64,000 bases of DNA from the NCBI GenBank assembly GCA_023228885.1, contig JALOAJ010000009.1, positions 182-64,181 of the forward strand. The letters run 5' to 3'. Source of the stretch: Bacillota bacterium. GTDB taxonomy: Bacteria; Bacillota; Clostridia; Monoglobales; Firm-18. The position numbers and the translations under genes are program-made. A model generated the notes under the pieces. It was not told the origin of the DNA, did no database searches, and saw only the letters and a list, made by a program, of their open reading frames with translations. Positions 33,284 through 44,056 of this stretch are shown piece by piece (within the stretch, counting starts at the first letter, position 1; the number at the start of each line of letters is the position of its first letter).

Positions 33284-35545
33284 TTACTTGCTATTTCTGT
33301 ACTGGGTAGGCGTTATACCTTCATATTTTTTAAATATTCTTATCAAGGTTCGGTTATCGAGATACCCCACAGCTAAGGCAACGCTATTTAGGTTTTTGCT
33401 TAAATCACACATTATGTCCTTTGATTTTTCTATGCGGTATTTATTTATATATTCTAAAAGCCCCATCCCCGATTCGCTCTTAAACACAGTTGACAGGTAT
33501 GACCTATGCACACCAAGTATGTCCGCTATCATCGCCACGCCCAAATTTGGGTTGTGGTATTGTTTCTCTATTATTGAAATCACAATATCTTTAAACCTAT
33601 GCGTTTGGGCGAACTTTATTTTCTCACACAGTTGTGCAGTAATAGTTAAAATGGCAGTTTCCACTTCATCAATGGTTTTCCATTTCAAAAGCTGGTCAAG
33701 CAGAGTCTGATAATTTATTTCCCACATATCCGAATACAAATCCTGCTTTATTTTCAACAATGTGCCAACCATGTCAAACGCCTGACAGCGCGCCAAATCA
33801 ATGTCATTGTAGCCTATTTTACAGCATTGGTCAAAAACCTCGCTTATCAGACCTCGAACCTTGTCAAAATCACCCGCCATAATATAGTTAATAAAATGCT
33901 GTTCCTTTTCTATGGTATATGTGTAATCGACTTTAGACTGGTTTCGGCTTATGTCTTCGATTGAAAAAATGTTTTTATCAGATAGAACCACCTTGTATTC
34001 CATAACCTTAATAACTTCTTTATATGCCTTTGAAATACCCGAAATATTCTTGTGAATATTGCTTATGGCAATTTCAATGTAAATTTTTAAATTGGCGGAC
34101 AAATATTCGGTTAAAAACCTTGCTGTTTGAGTTAATATGTCATCGGCATTTTCAATCTTCCCGCTAATGCAAGCAAGCAACGCAATGTTGCCATCTACTT
34201 CAATGACCCATCCAAAACACCGTTGCTTTTGCATGTGTTCCTCGGCAATATTCTTCGTGGCGAATAAAACCACTTGAAATTTTTCCGCCTCTGAAATCTT
34301 TTCATCGCCAAAAAGCCCGCTGTAATCTTCAATATTAAACAACATTACAGCGAAATTATTTTCCGGAAACTTAAAATCATACATTTGGTGGATGGCTATT
34401 TTTTTGTCTGCGTATTCCGCAGGATATTTAAAAAGCAAACGCATATAATTGTCAATAATTTCGTTTTTTTGTTCTTCCAAAAGAACCTTTATTTTATCAT
34501 GATCGCTTTTTAAAAGTTCAACCGAACTTCTAATTCGGTCATATTCGCTTGCCGATTTGCCATCCATTTTAGGCTCCGGCAAAATTTTAATAATGTTTTT
34601 TATCGGTGCATAATTATCCTTTATATTCTTTCTGATTAGCAGGGCGTCTATGATGACCGCAGCAATAAGCGTTAAAAAGCCAAGCCACTTGATAAAATTA
34701 TAATCCTTTACCAGCTTTGCGTATTCTATCATACACACATATTTAAAATTAGTTGTATTGGCAAGTATCACCTTTACAACATAATTAGTGTTCCCCAATC
34801 GATAAACACCGTCACTGTCTATTTTTTTAAGTTCTTTATAATTAAACCCATTATTACTTAAAGAGGATATTATTTGATTTCCGCGCTTGTCAAAAACTAT
34901 ATAATCCGCTTTGATGTTATTTTTTCCGCCTATAATATTTCCAACCAAATTCCTGTCGAAGTGCACAACAAGTGTTGCCTTCTTGCTATATTTTGAATTT
35001 ATCGGAAGCATCGACACATATAACAAAATATTTTCCGGCTCATCTTCATTTAAAAGCATATTGTACGCAAGCGGTCCGTTTTTGATGCGTTCCAACCACT
35101 CTTGATATGTTATACCGCACATACTATTATAGTTTTTATTGAAAAATTCAAGTGAAGAAATAACATCAGCGGTCGACACGATTGTGTCTATATTATGCAG
35201 GTAAATATAAATCTTGCTTTTCAGATTAAACTCGGTTGAATATCTGTAAAGTTCATACTTCAAATTATAAATCTTGTAATAATCTGCACCGATGGATAGG
35301 CTGGATACTTCCATAGCGTCTTTAAGCGACTGAGACGATGCTAAACCGTTTACAATTTTTATATTTTCGGATATAACTGAATTGGTTTCGTATATAATGG
35401 ATTGCATTATTATATCGTTGTAATACGAGGCTTGTGTTCTGATTACGCTGTTGGAAAGTATGTAATACAATAAAAAAATCATCATAGGAACCAGTAAAAT
35501 GGCAATGTATGAGAATATCCATTTATATACAAGCTTTCCTCTCAT
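33284..35545 (-). CDS. Membrane-spanning AraC-family one-component regulator, paralog of 14764..17028
   Basis: ATG 35545 (RBS GGGAGAG) lies 1 nt after the TAG of the upstream binding-protein gene. TM1 WIFSYIAILLVPMMIFLLYYIL and TM2 WLGFLTLIAAVIIDALLI. C-terminal AraC HTH: LEYINKYRIEKSKDIMCDLSKNLNSVALAVGYLDNRTLIRIFKKYEGITPTQYR. Confidence 0.85.
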   Translation of the reverse strand: MRGKLVYKWIFSYIAILLVPMMIFLLYYILSNSVIRTQASYYNDIIMQSIIYETNSVISENIKIVNGLASSQSLKDAMEVSSLSIGADYYKIYNLKYELYRYSTEFNLKSKIYIYLHNIDTIVSTADVISSLEFFNKNYNSMCGITYQEWLERIKNGPLAYNMLLNEDEPENILLYVSMLPINSKYSKKATLVVHFDRNLVGNIIGGKNNIKADYIVFDKRGNQIISSLSNNGFNYKELKKIDSDGVYRLGNTNYVVKVILANTTNFKYVCMIEYAKLVKDYNFIKWLGFLTLIAAVIIDALLIRKNIKDNYAPIKNIIKILPEPKMDGKSASEYDRIRSSVELLKSDHDKIKVLLEEQKNEIIDNYMRLLFKYPAEYADKKIAIHQMYDFKFPENNFAVMLFNIEDYSGLFGDEKISEAEKFQVVLFATKNIAEEHMQKQRCFGWVIEVDGNIALLACISGKIENADDILTQTARFLTEYLSANLKIYIEIAISNIHKNISGISKAYKEVIKVMEYKVVLSDKNIFSIEDISRNQSKVDYTYTIEKEQHFINYIMAGDFDKVRGLISEVFDQCCKIGYNDIDLARCQAFDMVGTLLKIKQDLYSDMWEINYQTLLDQLLKWKTIDEVETAILTITAQLCEKIKFAQTHRFKDIVISIIEKQYHNPNLGVAMIADILGVHRSYLSTVFKSESGMGLLEYINKYRIEKSKDIMCDLSKNLNSVALAVGYLDNRTLIRIFKKYEGITPTQYRNSK

Positions 35546-35546
35546 T

Positions 35547-37070
35547 CTACTCACTCTCCCGATGAATATATCTATCGTACGAGGTCTGATATACAGCAAC
35601 GGAATCTTTGACCTTTCTTCTTTCCAATTCCTCCGCAAACTTATGATAGTTTTCGAGCGGTTCTACTCCCAGTATAAATTGAAGCGTCATATCCTCTGCA
35701 TAGCTTTCAATGCTGCTTTTATAAGCAATGACCTTATCTGTTTCGTTGCCGACAAACATTAAATCCGGCAACGCTGTTGTTTCTGAGGGTGTCCTCCTCC
35801 ACAACTCAACAGCGTATATCTGTTCGGGGTATGTAAGATACTGGTCATAATAGCCGGACATCTGTATAAATGGTCCGTCTAAGTTGCCCCTTATGTAATT
35901 CGCCATAATTACCGGCATAGGATAAACCTCATTTTTCGTAATAACATTTGCGTATCTGGGCTTGCCTTCCTCCATGTTATAACTGATACCCTCTATGCCG
36001 AAATTATATGTCAGCATTCCTTCCTTCCCATATCCATAGTCTAAAAACCTTGCGGCAGCGGGCACATCCCTGCAACTGCCGGAAATTGCCGCACGACAGA
36101 ATATGCCATCGTACTGTCCGAACCTTGACATGTTGCCAAGTGCAAGCGTTGGATATTCCAATGCGGCGATTTTGATATTATCAGCTTCAAGAATTCTGCC
36201 CATGTCGCCGCCAACAGTTAAAGGAGCGGCTCCAACCCGCCCCGCTAAAAAATTATCCGTTATATTTTCGGTTGTAAGCGAAGCAAAATCAGGGCTTATA
36301 AGCCCCGATACATACCATCGACGGAGCGTTTCAATAAAATCCCTGTACCGCAGCTCGGCGGGTCCGAACTTCACAACCCCGTTATCAATATAATATCCTA
36401 AGGTTAAATCAAATGCGCCGGTTAAAAACCCGCTTTTCAACCCTGAAACGGTAAAAGATAACGGGGCTGCGTCCGCGTAATTTTCCCTAAACTTAATCAG
36501 CACCGCCTCCCATTCGGCGATAGTCTTTGGCTCGCCAAGAGACAGACTGTCCAACCAGTCCTTCCTGATAACCGGTCCAAAATATTTTTTCATGTACTCG
36601 CTTTCCCTGATAAATGGGTAAGCATAATACTTTCCGCTGTCGGTCATCAAATCTTTCTTAATGTGAATATTGTTGTTTATATAGCTGCAAAGATTGGGTG
36701 AGTAACTCTCTATAATGTCGTTAAGCGGCAGTATTATCCCTTCCTCAAGCGCCTTTTCCGCCCCGCCGTTATACTTTTTCCAAGTGTACTCTATTATATC
36801 AGGCAAATTATTGGAGGCTTGCATCAGCACAAACTCTGAATTGGGTTCATAGTACGGGTGGATAAATTCTATCTTCACACCGGTCCTTTTCTCCAACTCC
36901 TTTTTCAGTTCGGTTTCATTCATGTTTCCCGCAACTATATTGGCATAGCTGTTTGGATAGATAAAATATGTGAGAAAACTGTCTTTGTCTGTCTCAGGCA
37001 CATCATTTCGCATGCACGAACAGGATAGGGCTGCCAACATAACCAAAACAACGAAGTAATATCTTTTCAT
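35547..37070 (-). CDS. Extracellular solute-binding lipoprotein (LplA-type), copy 2 of a tandem pair
   Basis: Lipobox-like LAALSCSC. ELEKRTGVKIEFIHP...LMQASNNLPDIIEY is the family signature. Confidence 0.85.
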   Translation of the reverse strand: MKRYYFVVLVMLAALSCSCMRNDVPETDKDSFLTYFIYPNSYANIVAGNMNETELKKELEKRTGVKIEFIHPYYEPNSEFVLMQASNNLPDIIEYTWKKYNGGAEKALEEGIILPLNDIIESYSPNLCSYINNNIHIKKDLMTDSGKYYAYPFIRESEYMKKYFGPVIRKDWLDSLSLGEPKTIAEWEAVLIKFRENYADAAPLSFTVSGLKSGFLTGAFDLTLGYYIDNGVVKFGPAELRYRDFIETLRRWYVSGLISPDFASLTTENITDNFLAGRVGAAPLTVGGDMGRILEADNIKIAALEYPTLALGNMSRFGQYDGIFCRAAISGSCRDVPAAARFLDYGYGKEGMLTYNFGIEGISYNMEEGKPRYANVITKNEVYPMPVIMANYIRGNLDGPFIQMSGYYDQYLTYPEQIYAVELWRRTPSETTALPDLMFVGNETDKVIAYKSSIESYAEDMTLQFILGVEPLENYHKFAEELERRKVKDSVAVYQTSYDRYIHRESE

Positions 37071-37088
37071 CTTATATCACCATACACT

Positions 37089-38714
37089 TTATTTGTTTGC
37101 TAAATACGCATCATATGCCTTTTGCCTAAGCGCAATGGCATCCTCGATTCCCATGTTTTTCAGCTCGGAATAATAATTTGGAAAAGAGCCTAAATCCTCA
37201 GTGCCGGAAATGAATTTAAAAAGCTTTTCCTGTTTATATGTATCGGCATCCTGCATTATTTTGCTGTATTGTTTGTTATCCGCCTCGGACAAAGTTAAAA
37301 ACGGCAATAAATATTTATCCATTTCGGTATCTGACCAAAGATATAGAGCATCCTTTTGTGTCTTCTCCTGCATATACTGCAAAACATACCGCAAATCCTG
37401 AACAAACGGTCCGTAGTAAGAACCTCGGATATATTTGCTCATCGCCTGACCTATCGACAAGCCGCCGTTGCTGTTTACATCCATTATCGCATCAGTATAA
37501 ACAGGTTCGCCATCATTCATTACATAAGAAACTCCCTCTTTGCCAAAATTATATAGCATTCCGCCTTCTTCGGAATAGCCATAATCTAAAAACCGCACCG
37601 CCACTTCCTTATTTTCACATTTAGCTGAAATTGCAGAGCATATATTTAGTATACTCAGCTTTTTTTGCCCTATCATCGGCTTTGCAGACCTGCTTACCGA
37701 AGGATACTGTATCGGACGATAAATAAATTCTGAATTTTTTTCTTTTATTACCGGAAGCCACATTCCAAGTTCGCTGCCTGCATAACAATAAGTTGAGCCG
37801 ACTTGACCGTTTACAACAAGAGAGGTCAGTCTTGTGCTGTCTATACTGGCGAAGTCATTGTCAAGCAAACCGTCCTTGTACCATTTGCTCATTTGCCGCA
37901 CCCATGCCTCATAATTTTTTTCATATGGACCGTATTTGACAACGCCATCTTCCACATAATAATCAGAGTAAACCGAAAACAGCCCTGTAAAAGGCGACAC
38001 TTCTTTCAAATTATACCCGTCAAGCCTTAAAGATAGCGGAACCTCAACGCCCATAGACTTAAACGCACGAAGTACCGTGTCCCATTCCTCAAGAGTAACC
38101 GGCGCTTGCAAGCCCGCCTTATCCAAAAGGTCTTGCCGAATAATAAAGCCCATTGAAGTAGCCTGTATCCCTCCGTTTGTCAAAAACGGATAAGAAAAGT
38201 AACTGCCCTCCTCTGTTTTAACCTGCCTGTCAATGTCCGGTCGTTCGGCGAGCACCTTTTCAAAGTTGGGGGAAATTGTGTCGATATATTCGTTTAAAGA
38301 GGTAATTATGCCTTCGTTGATTGCCTTTTCCGGCCCGCCGGGATATGTTAACCACCCATATTCGATAATATCCGGTAAATCTCCTGACGCTATCATTAAG
38401 CCGAACGCCTCGGCGGTCTGCCCGATGGGGGGATGCACAAACCTTATCCCAACACCGGTTTTTTCCTCAAGGTGCTCTTTCAAAAGGATGTTGTTCATGC
38501 TGTTAGAGTAAGCTGCCACGCCTGTTGGCAGGGCAAGCCAGTAAGAAAGCTCAACATCCGTTTCCAAAGGATATTTATCGCTTGTTGTAACCTTAAAAGT
38601 CTTGGGTACGCCAGTAGTGGACTGCGAAACCACACATCCCGACATAAAACTCACCGCAAGCGCCAGCATTGCACACCAGATAAGTCCCTTTTTACTGTCC
38701 TTTAATAAAAACAT
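37089..38714 (-). CDS. Extracellular solute-binding lipoprotein (LplA-type), copy 1 of a tandem pair
   Basis: Lipobox FMSGC. RBS GGAGGA lies 7 nt upstream. LEEKTGVGIRFVHP...LMIASGDLPDIIEY. Confidence 0.9.
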   Translation of the reverse strand: MFLLKDSKKGLIWCAMLALAVSFMSGCVVSQSTTGVPKTFKVTTSDKYPLETDVELSYWLALPTGVAAYSNSMNNILLKEHLEEKTGVGIRFVHPPIGQTAEAFGLMIASGDLPDIIEYGWLTYPGGPEKAINEGIITSLNEYIDTISPNFEKVLAERPDIDRQVKTEEGSYFSYPFLTNGGIQATSMGFIIRQDLLDKAGLQAPVTLEEWDTVLRAFKSMGVEVPLSLRLDGYNLKEVSPFTGLFSVYSDYYVEDGVVKYGPYEKNYEAWVRQMSKWYKDGLLDNDFASIDSTRLTSLVVNGQVGSTYCYAGSELGMWLPVIKEKNSEFIYRPIQYPSVSRSAKPMIGQKKLSILNICSAISAKCENKEVAVRFLDYGYSEEGGMLYNFGKEGVSYVMNDGEPVYTDAIMDVNSNGGLSIGQAMSKYIRGSYYGPFVQDLRYVLQYMQEKTQKDALYLWSDTEMDKYLLPFLTLSEADNKQYSKIMQDADTYKQEKLFKFISGTEDLGSFPNYYSELKNMGIEDAIALRQKAYDAYLANK

Positions 38715-38746
38715 TGTGTTTTCCTCCTAATATTATAATACAATCT

Positions 38747-40990
38747 TTACTTAAATGCAATATTGATTCCGCTGTCGATTATAAACCCACAAGACTGAGC
38801 GTCTGCGATACTTTTAACCAACATTCCTTTGTAGTTTAAATTTTCAAAAACTATGTTGTCCACCTCAACCGTCTCATCACTCCAATAACGAGGACCTTCC
38901 CAAATTACCAGCACCTGGTTTTTTATAAAGCTTGGTGCATCCGGTCCTTCATACAGTGTCATGTTTTTTACGGTAATATCGGTTATTTTGCCGCGCTTCT
39001 CTGACCCGGTCCAGTGATGAGATTGGTATATAACAAAATACACCAAATTTTCTTCGGAGCTTTGCACTCTTATATCTTCATACAGAACATCGCTGATATG
39101 CGCTGTGCCGGCATTGTGTATAGTAATGGCCGCGCGTTGGAATTTAGATGGAATTGTCTCACGATGTATAACATCAATATCCTTAAACACAAGGTCACGC
39201 ACATACTCTGCATCTAATTCTGCGCCTATTTGTATGGGGTTGCCTCCTTCGCCGTTCCAAATCACGGCGTTTGTCACCCTGACATTTTCAACATTGCCGT
39301 TTGTATACGGTCGGGTTAAGATGTTTCCCTTTATGCATATCGAGTCGTCATCACTTCTTACAAAAATTTTATTCAGCTCAACATCTTTGCTTGAAACTAT
39401 GTCGATTCCGTCCGAATACATTGCGTTGCCTATTATTTTATAATTGTTAGCTTTCAAGTTTTCAGACTTAACCCAAAAATTATGCCATTTTCCTGTGTTT
39501 ATGGCAACAGGCCCGTTAATTTCAAAACTCTCACATTCCATCATTTTTACGCAAGCGCCCACAGAATCCGAGCTGTAAATAATACCGTTGCCTATTATTT
39601 TGATATTCTTTTGATTTTGAAGCAAAAACCCCCCGAACAGTACAACATCGTCGCCTAAATATACAGTTTGATTTTCCGACAGTCTGAAGATGGGGTAATA
39701 ATACATCTTTTGCTTATCCAAAAAGATAACATTAGGGTCGTTTTCATCCGGACGGGGCGCCGTAGGGTTTACAAATACAAACAAAGGTCTGTTCAAATCG
39801 TCATTTATCTCCACGTTCAGATGTTGACCGGATTGTACGGTAAAATGCGCTTTGTTATTGTTTATTGTCGGCTTTATGTTTTCTTTTTGCGGCAACACCC
39901 GTATAGATTTAATTTCTTCGCTGTAAATAAGCTCTATCTCAGTTTCTCCATCGCAGGTAATCTGCACAAAGTCAGCTTTTGCAGTAGAAAATATTTCTTT
40001 TTTTACGCCGCCCGCCTCAAGCGCGAAGGGCGAAGGTCCCATATCAGTAAGGGAAAGGTTATGCAAAAATTCATAACTTACGATGTTTGCCGTGTATTCC
40101 TCATCGTACCAGAAAACATAATAGTCAAGGCTTTCGGCAAGCGCGCGAAGCGGCAAATATACCCTGCTGCCCACAAGGTATGGCGCGGCTGGTATCTCCA
40201 TTTCTTCACACTCAACCTTCATGATTTTTTTACCCATTGTAAAGGTGATTTCCTTGCTATCGTTTGTTATAACAGACCGCCCCTTGGCATCGTTCCACCG
40301 GTATGAAATGCCCAGCGCATCGGCAACCTCCTCTAACGGAACCATAACATTACCGTCAAGAACCTCCGGTTTCGAGTAACCGAAATTCATTTCGGAATTA
40401 TTGCGCAGAACCTTAAGCTCAGCCCTTACTTGTGGGGATGAGATTATAATTTCTCTTATTCGAAAATCCCCCTCCTGCCTTGATATAATTTTAAGTTTTT
40501 TTGTTGATGCGCTTATATTGTCTATATCAATAACATGGTTTGTATTGCCCCTTACGCACGCCTCCTCCCATATAACAAAATCTACCCCGTCCCATATATA
40601 AACATCAAAATCCCGGAGCGCCTCGATTGCATCCTTTGGCAGCAATTCTTGCGAATAGCCCGAATGTATGACTATGCGGTTAATTTCCAATATCCTTTCT
40701 AAATCAAAAATAATATATGCCCCGTTGGCAACACCCTGCACGCACCATCGGGTTCCCGAATACCCCTCAACCATATCGTAAACGCCATCGTAGAGTACCC
40801 TTGCATCTGTGGGATTGTTGTGTTGGGGAGTCCAAAACTCTCCTGCGGAGATATATACATTAGCCGGGTCAAGACCGCTCAAGGCATTTCTTGTAGTGTT
40901 GTATTCAAAATCAGATGCAACACTTATCTGCACACCGCACAACACGGTTAAAAACAGCATCAAAATAATCAGCTTTTTCACTATCTTCAT
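38747..40990 (-). CDS. Secreted discoidin + Cu-amine-oxidase-N-like stalk + GH28-like beta-helix protein
   Basis: The N-terminal discoidin-like module ends FRIREIIISS. Stalk domain: VMVPLEEVADALGISYRW...RVYLPLRALAESLDYYVFW. Beta-helix motifs: MYSDGIDIVSSKDV and RSDDDSICIKGN, with NPIQIGAEL in place of GHG..IGS. Confidence 0.65.
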   Translation of the reverse strand: MKIVKKLIILMLFLTVLCGVQISVASDFEYNTTRNALSGLDPANVYISAGEFWTPQHNNPTDARVLYDGVYDMVEGYSGTRWCVQGVANGAYIIFDLERILEINRIVIHSGYSQELLPKDAIEALRDFDVYIWDGVDFVIWEEACVRGNTNHVIDIDNISASTKKLKIISRQEGDFRIREIIISSPQVRAELKVLRNNSEMNFGYSKPEVLDGNVMVPLEEVADALGISYRWNDAKGRSVITNDSKEITFTMGKKIMKVECEEMEIPAAPYLVGSRVYLPLRALAESLDYYVFWYDEEYTANIVSYEFLHNLSLTDMGPSPFALEAGGVKKEIFSTAKADFVQITCDGETEIELIYSEEIKSIRVLPQKENIKPTINNNKAHFTVQSGQHLNVEINDDLNRPLFVFVNPTAPRPDENDPNVIFLDKQKMYYYPIFRLSENQTVYLGDDVVLFGGFLLQNQKNIKIIGNGIIYSSDSVGACVKMMECESFEINGPVAINTGKWHNFWVKSENLKANNYKIIGNAMYSDGIDIVSSKDVELNKIFVRSDDDSICIKGNILTRPYTNGNVENVRVTNAVIWNGEGGNPIQIGAELDAEYVRDLVFKDIDVIHRETIPSKFQRAAITIHNAGTAHISDVLYEDIRVQSSEENLVYFVIYQSHHWTGSEKRGKITDITVKNMTLYEGPDAPSFIKNQVLVIWEGPRYWSDETVEVDNIVFENLNYKGMLVKSIADAQSCGFIIDSGINIAFK

Positions 40991-40996
40991 CCTTTC

Positions 40997-43900
40997 TTAT
41001 TTATACACCACTATTTCGCTAATCTGGCTTGCGCTCATCCTGAAAAAAGTATTGAGCGGCGATGACGCATCATATTTTTTCGATAAAACATCGTCAAGAC
41101 TGCCGCTGTAAACTTCATTCAGCGCCGTATCCACAACATATACGACAGGCAGCCTGTAAACGCATCTATATGTACTGCCTCCGCTTAATATCGAAAATGA
41201 AACATTGTTATAGTTTTCCAGACTGCCGATATAAGTCTCCAAATACGGATAATAGGTTGCCGCTGCCCCATCGCCGCCGACAAATTGGATTGGCGAACTT
41301 TTATCGGCATCCGATGCCCTGATTAGAATTCTGTACGATATAAGTTTTCCGTCGTTGTCCTTGGCATATTGTATAACATCGCCACATTCAAGGTCTTGTG
41401 CGCGGACATTTCTGTAAATGTTGCTGTAAGCGGCAAAATCGCCCTGAAAATTATTAAACCCAACATTATAAACCGCCTCCTCAGACACATCAATGGAGGT
41501 CAAGCCCTCCCTTGTCTGCAGATACAATCGCAAGCCCGCCTCGCCTTCCACATCAACTATATGTGTTTTCTTGGCAACAACACTAATATCTACATATGAT
41601 TCGATGCCGGTGTTCTTTTGGGTGGTTATATGCACCAAAACTCCCGCCACACCGAATTCATCCACATTGTAGACTTTTGTTTCGCCCGTGATATTTAATC
41701 CGGTATATCCTATATTTCTTCCTTTGACCGCAAGATAATGCTTTTCATTCTCAACATCGTCCTGTCGCACGGTAAAACTTAAAGTGTCGCTGTCTAACAA
41801 TATGTTTCTTGTCCTGGATGAATCCAATAAAATTGAATTTTGCGAATAATAAGACCCGTTTAAATTGGCAAACCGATAAACTCCATCAGCATTAGCAGTA
41901 ATCGGTTCTTCAGCGATAACGCCGCTGTCCTCACAGTTGATTTTCGCTACACATCCTTTTTCGTCCAACGCATACCTTATGTATATCAACGGATTTACCC
42001 CATAGGCTGTTATAATTGCTATGGCATCGCTTGCACTTTTGGGGTTTCCGTTAATATACACTTTCGGTGCGAAGTTTAATACCATTATACCGCCGTCTTC
42101 ATTCAACACCTTTATCTGACTTGAAGCAAGAGACCCCCGCCCCGCTGCAACGGCTGTCAATAGTGCATTTGTAAGCCCGGCGGAGGATATCTCATCAATG
42201 TACACTATTTTACCCGAAAAATTAACAAAGAACCTGCCGATGAATCCGGATTTGTCAATTTGTTTTACAGTATCTTTAGCTTGACCTATAAGCTCATATT
42301 CCTTGTTATTAATGGTGCAAAACAACTTTTCACTTTTTGATATTTCCGTTACCTCGCCACGAAGCTTAGCGCTTGAAGCATATATGCGGGCAACGCTGTT
42401 ATCTGCGCTCATTTGAACGGTAATAACATCATCCTTGGCTATATCCTCCATACCGACTGACATGCTGTTTTTAACCAAAATATGTGAGGTGTCGGCAAGC
42501 TCCATCGTTGCTCCCGTACTCGTGAAAATCTTTTCATTTAAGGAATCAACGCCTGATACCACATAGTTTTCCCATGAATTAATCTGTACAACATCAATAA
42601 TTCCATCCGAATTATTGTCAATAAAAACAAACTCGCCTTCGTTAATGTTATAATCTTGAGGCAATCCCGACATATGGATGCAATTGTGGAAGAAATACGC
42701 CCCGCCGCTGATTTGCGCCCGTTGGCGCGCGCCGTTTTCAGCATAATAAAACATTTCATCCAATGCACTTGAACTGGTGTCAACCGAATTCGCATCCACC
42801 TTGAACATATAGTTTCGCCTCGGCTCAATATTTACCAGAACATCATTTTCATCGTACCAAGCTTTTACATTCTGACCGAAGTATAGCGCTGCGTCGGTCT
42901 TACCCTTATGAAAGCGTCTGCCTCCGATGATTACATGATTTTTGTTTACCGGCTCATCCATGTGCATAAGATATGTCGATTGCACTATTCCCGAATATTC
43001 ATAAATTTTATAATGCTTTTCAAGAAAGACTTTCTCACCGGAGTATGCGTTTGTCAAGCCTGTGCCGGTCATTTCAATCACCTCAGCGAAGGCGGCATTG
43101 TAAAAGATAGCCAAAACATCGCCGAACCGTATGTGCTCATCCTTTCTGATGGTCACACCCCGCAACAGCCCCAAACGCGTAGCCATGGCACGGTAGCCAA
43201 TCGAATCGCCACCATATGCCCCCACCAAGATATTATATCCAAGCGCCGATAAAATTGCTTGGCACGCCTCAGTATACTTTATCTCATCTTCTTTTCTAAT
43301 CTCTAATTCACTGACAACCGCCGGACCGAACATATCAAAAGCACGGTAATCAAAGTAGTCCGTCAGCATCTCGGCAAACTGTTGCCGCGTTACAATTGAA
43401 TTTATGGTTGTGCCATCCATCCACTTTGAATTTAGTATCCCCGTTTTAAAAAGCAGATTATAATACTTTTCATATTCAGTGCCCAAAACACCTTCGTTTA
43501 CTGTGCTTTCCCCTTCCTCGACATATACATCATCTGTTTCCACCGCCTCGTACAATTCAATTTCCCTTATTCTAAATTGCGTCTCCGCCATGGAAAAAAA
43601 TCTAAAACTTTCTGCCTTTATCGGCTTATCGAATTTCACTTTCACTTCAAAACTTTTGTTATTGTTCATCTCACTGCCGGGGATATCAGCCCATACGCCG
43701 TCTTTTAAATACTGAAACTTAAAATCGGTTATAATGTCCGGAGCGGAGGAGCTTTTAGTGTTTCCGTTTACCACCATTGCCTCCCTTACTGCAACTTCGT
43801 TATCAAAGGAAAATTGCACCCACTGGCCCTTTGCAATTGCACCCATAAGAAACCACTTGGTATTCGACAACCCATCCGGCGTTACAGCACCATCATTTAT

Positions 43901-44056
43901 CGCCGCAGGGGTTGAGCCGGCATCGCTGCCTTGATGGGATGCGCTCACCTTCGCTTTCGGCGCTATATTCGCACCGCTTTTATACGCGGCAAACGCACAG
44001 TTATTCAATAGTATAAAACAAATTATCAGGATTGAAAATATTTTATATGCCCTCAT
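40997..44056 (-). CDS. Large secreted surface protein: N-terminal discoidin domain, degenerate SLH-like motifs and a long beta-rich region; paralog of 28057..30504
   Basis: ATGA overlap with the upstream SLH gene at 44053-44056. Signal peptide MRAYKIFSILIICFILLNNCAFA. The discoidin module ends FRIREIELYE. SLH-like segment: IVTRQQFAEMLTDYF. See the paralog alignment under 28057..30504. Confidence 0.65.
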   Translation of the reverse strand: MRAYKIFSILIICFILLNNCAFAAYKSGANIAPKAKVSASHQGSDAGSTPAAINDGAVTPDGLSNTKWFLMGAIAKGQWVQFSFDNEVAVREAMVVNGNTKSSSAPDIITDFKFQYLKDGVWADIPGSEMNNNKSFEVKVKFDKPIKAESFRFFSMAETQFRIREIELYEAVETDDVYVEEGESTVNEGVLGTEYEKYYNLLFKTGILNSKWMDGTTINSIVTRQQFAEMLTDYFDYRAFDMFGPAVVSELEIRKEDEIKYTEACQAILSALGYNILVGAYGGDSIGYRAMATRLGLLRGVTIRKDEHIRFGDVLAIFYNAAFAEVIEMTGTGLTNAYSGEKVFLEKHYKIYEYSGIVQSTYLMHMDEPVNKNHVIIGGRRFHKGKTDAALYFGQNVKAWYDENDVLVNIEPRRNYMFKVDANSVDTSSSALDEMFYYAENGARQRAQISGGAYFFHNCIHMSGLPQDYNINEGEFVFIDNNSDGIIDVVQINSWENYVVSGVDSLNEKIFTSTGATMELADTSHILVKNSMSVGMEDIAKDDVITVQMSADNSVARIYASSAKLRGEVTEISKSEKLFCTINNKEYELIGQAKDTVKQIDKSGFIGRFFVNFSGKIVYIDEISSAGLTNALLTAVAAGRGSLASSQIKVLNEDGGIMVLNFAPKVYINGNPKSASDAIAIITAYGVNPLIYIRYALDEKGCVAKINCEDSGVIAEEPITANADGVYRFANLNGSYYSQNSILLDSSRTRNILLDSDTLSFTVRQDDVENEKHYLAVKGRNIGYTGLNITGETKVYNVDEFGVAGVLVHITTQKNTGIESYVDISVVAKKTHIVDVEGEAGLRLYLQTREGLTSIDVSEEAVYNVGFNNFQGDFAAYSNIYRNVRAQDLECGDVIQYAKDNDGKLISYRILIRASDADKSSPIQFVGGDGAAATYYPYLETYIGSLENYNNVSFSILSGGSTYRCVYRLPVVYVVDTALNEVYSGSLDDVLSKKYDASSPLNTFFRMSASQISEIVVYK

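Noticed and set aside
33162-33710. 182-aa + strand ORF
   Set aside because: It is antisense to the 3' end of the AraC regulator gene and to the IS110 remnant. It has no motifs.
39668-40306. 212-aa ORF on the + strand
   Set aside because: It lies entirely antisense to the well-supported GH28-like gene 38747..40990. Its composition is R/F/Y/K-rich nonsense, and it has no RBS and no recognisable motif.
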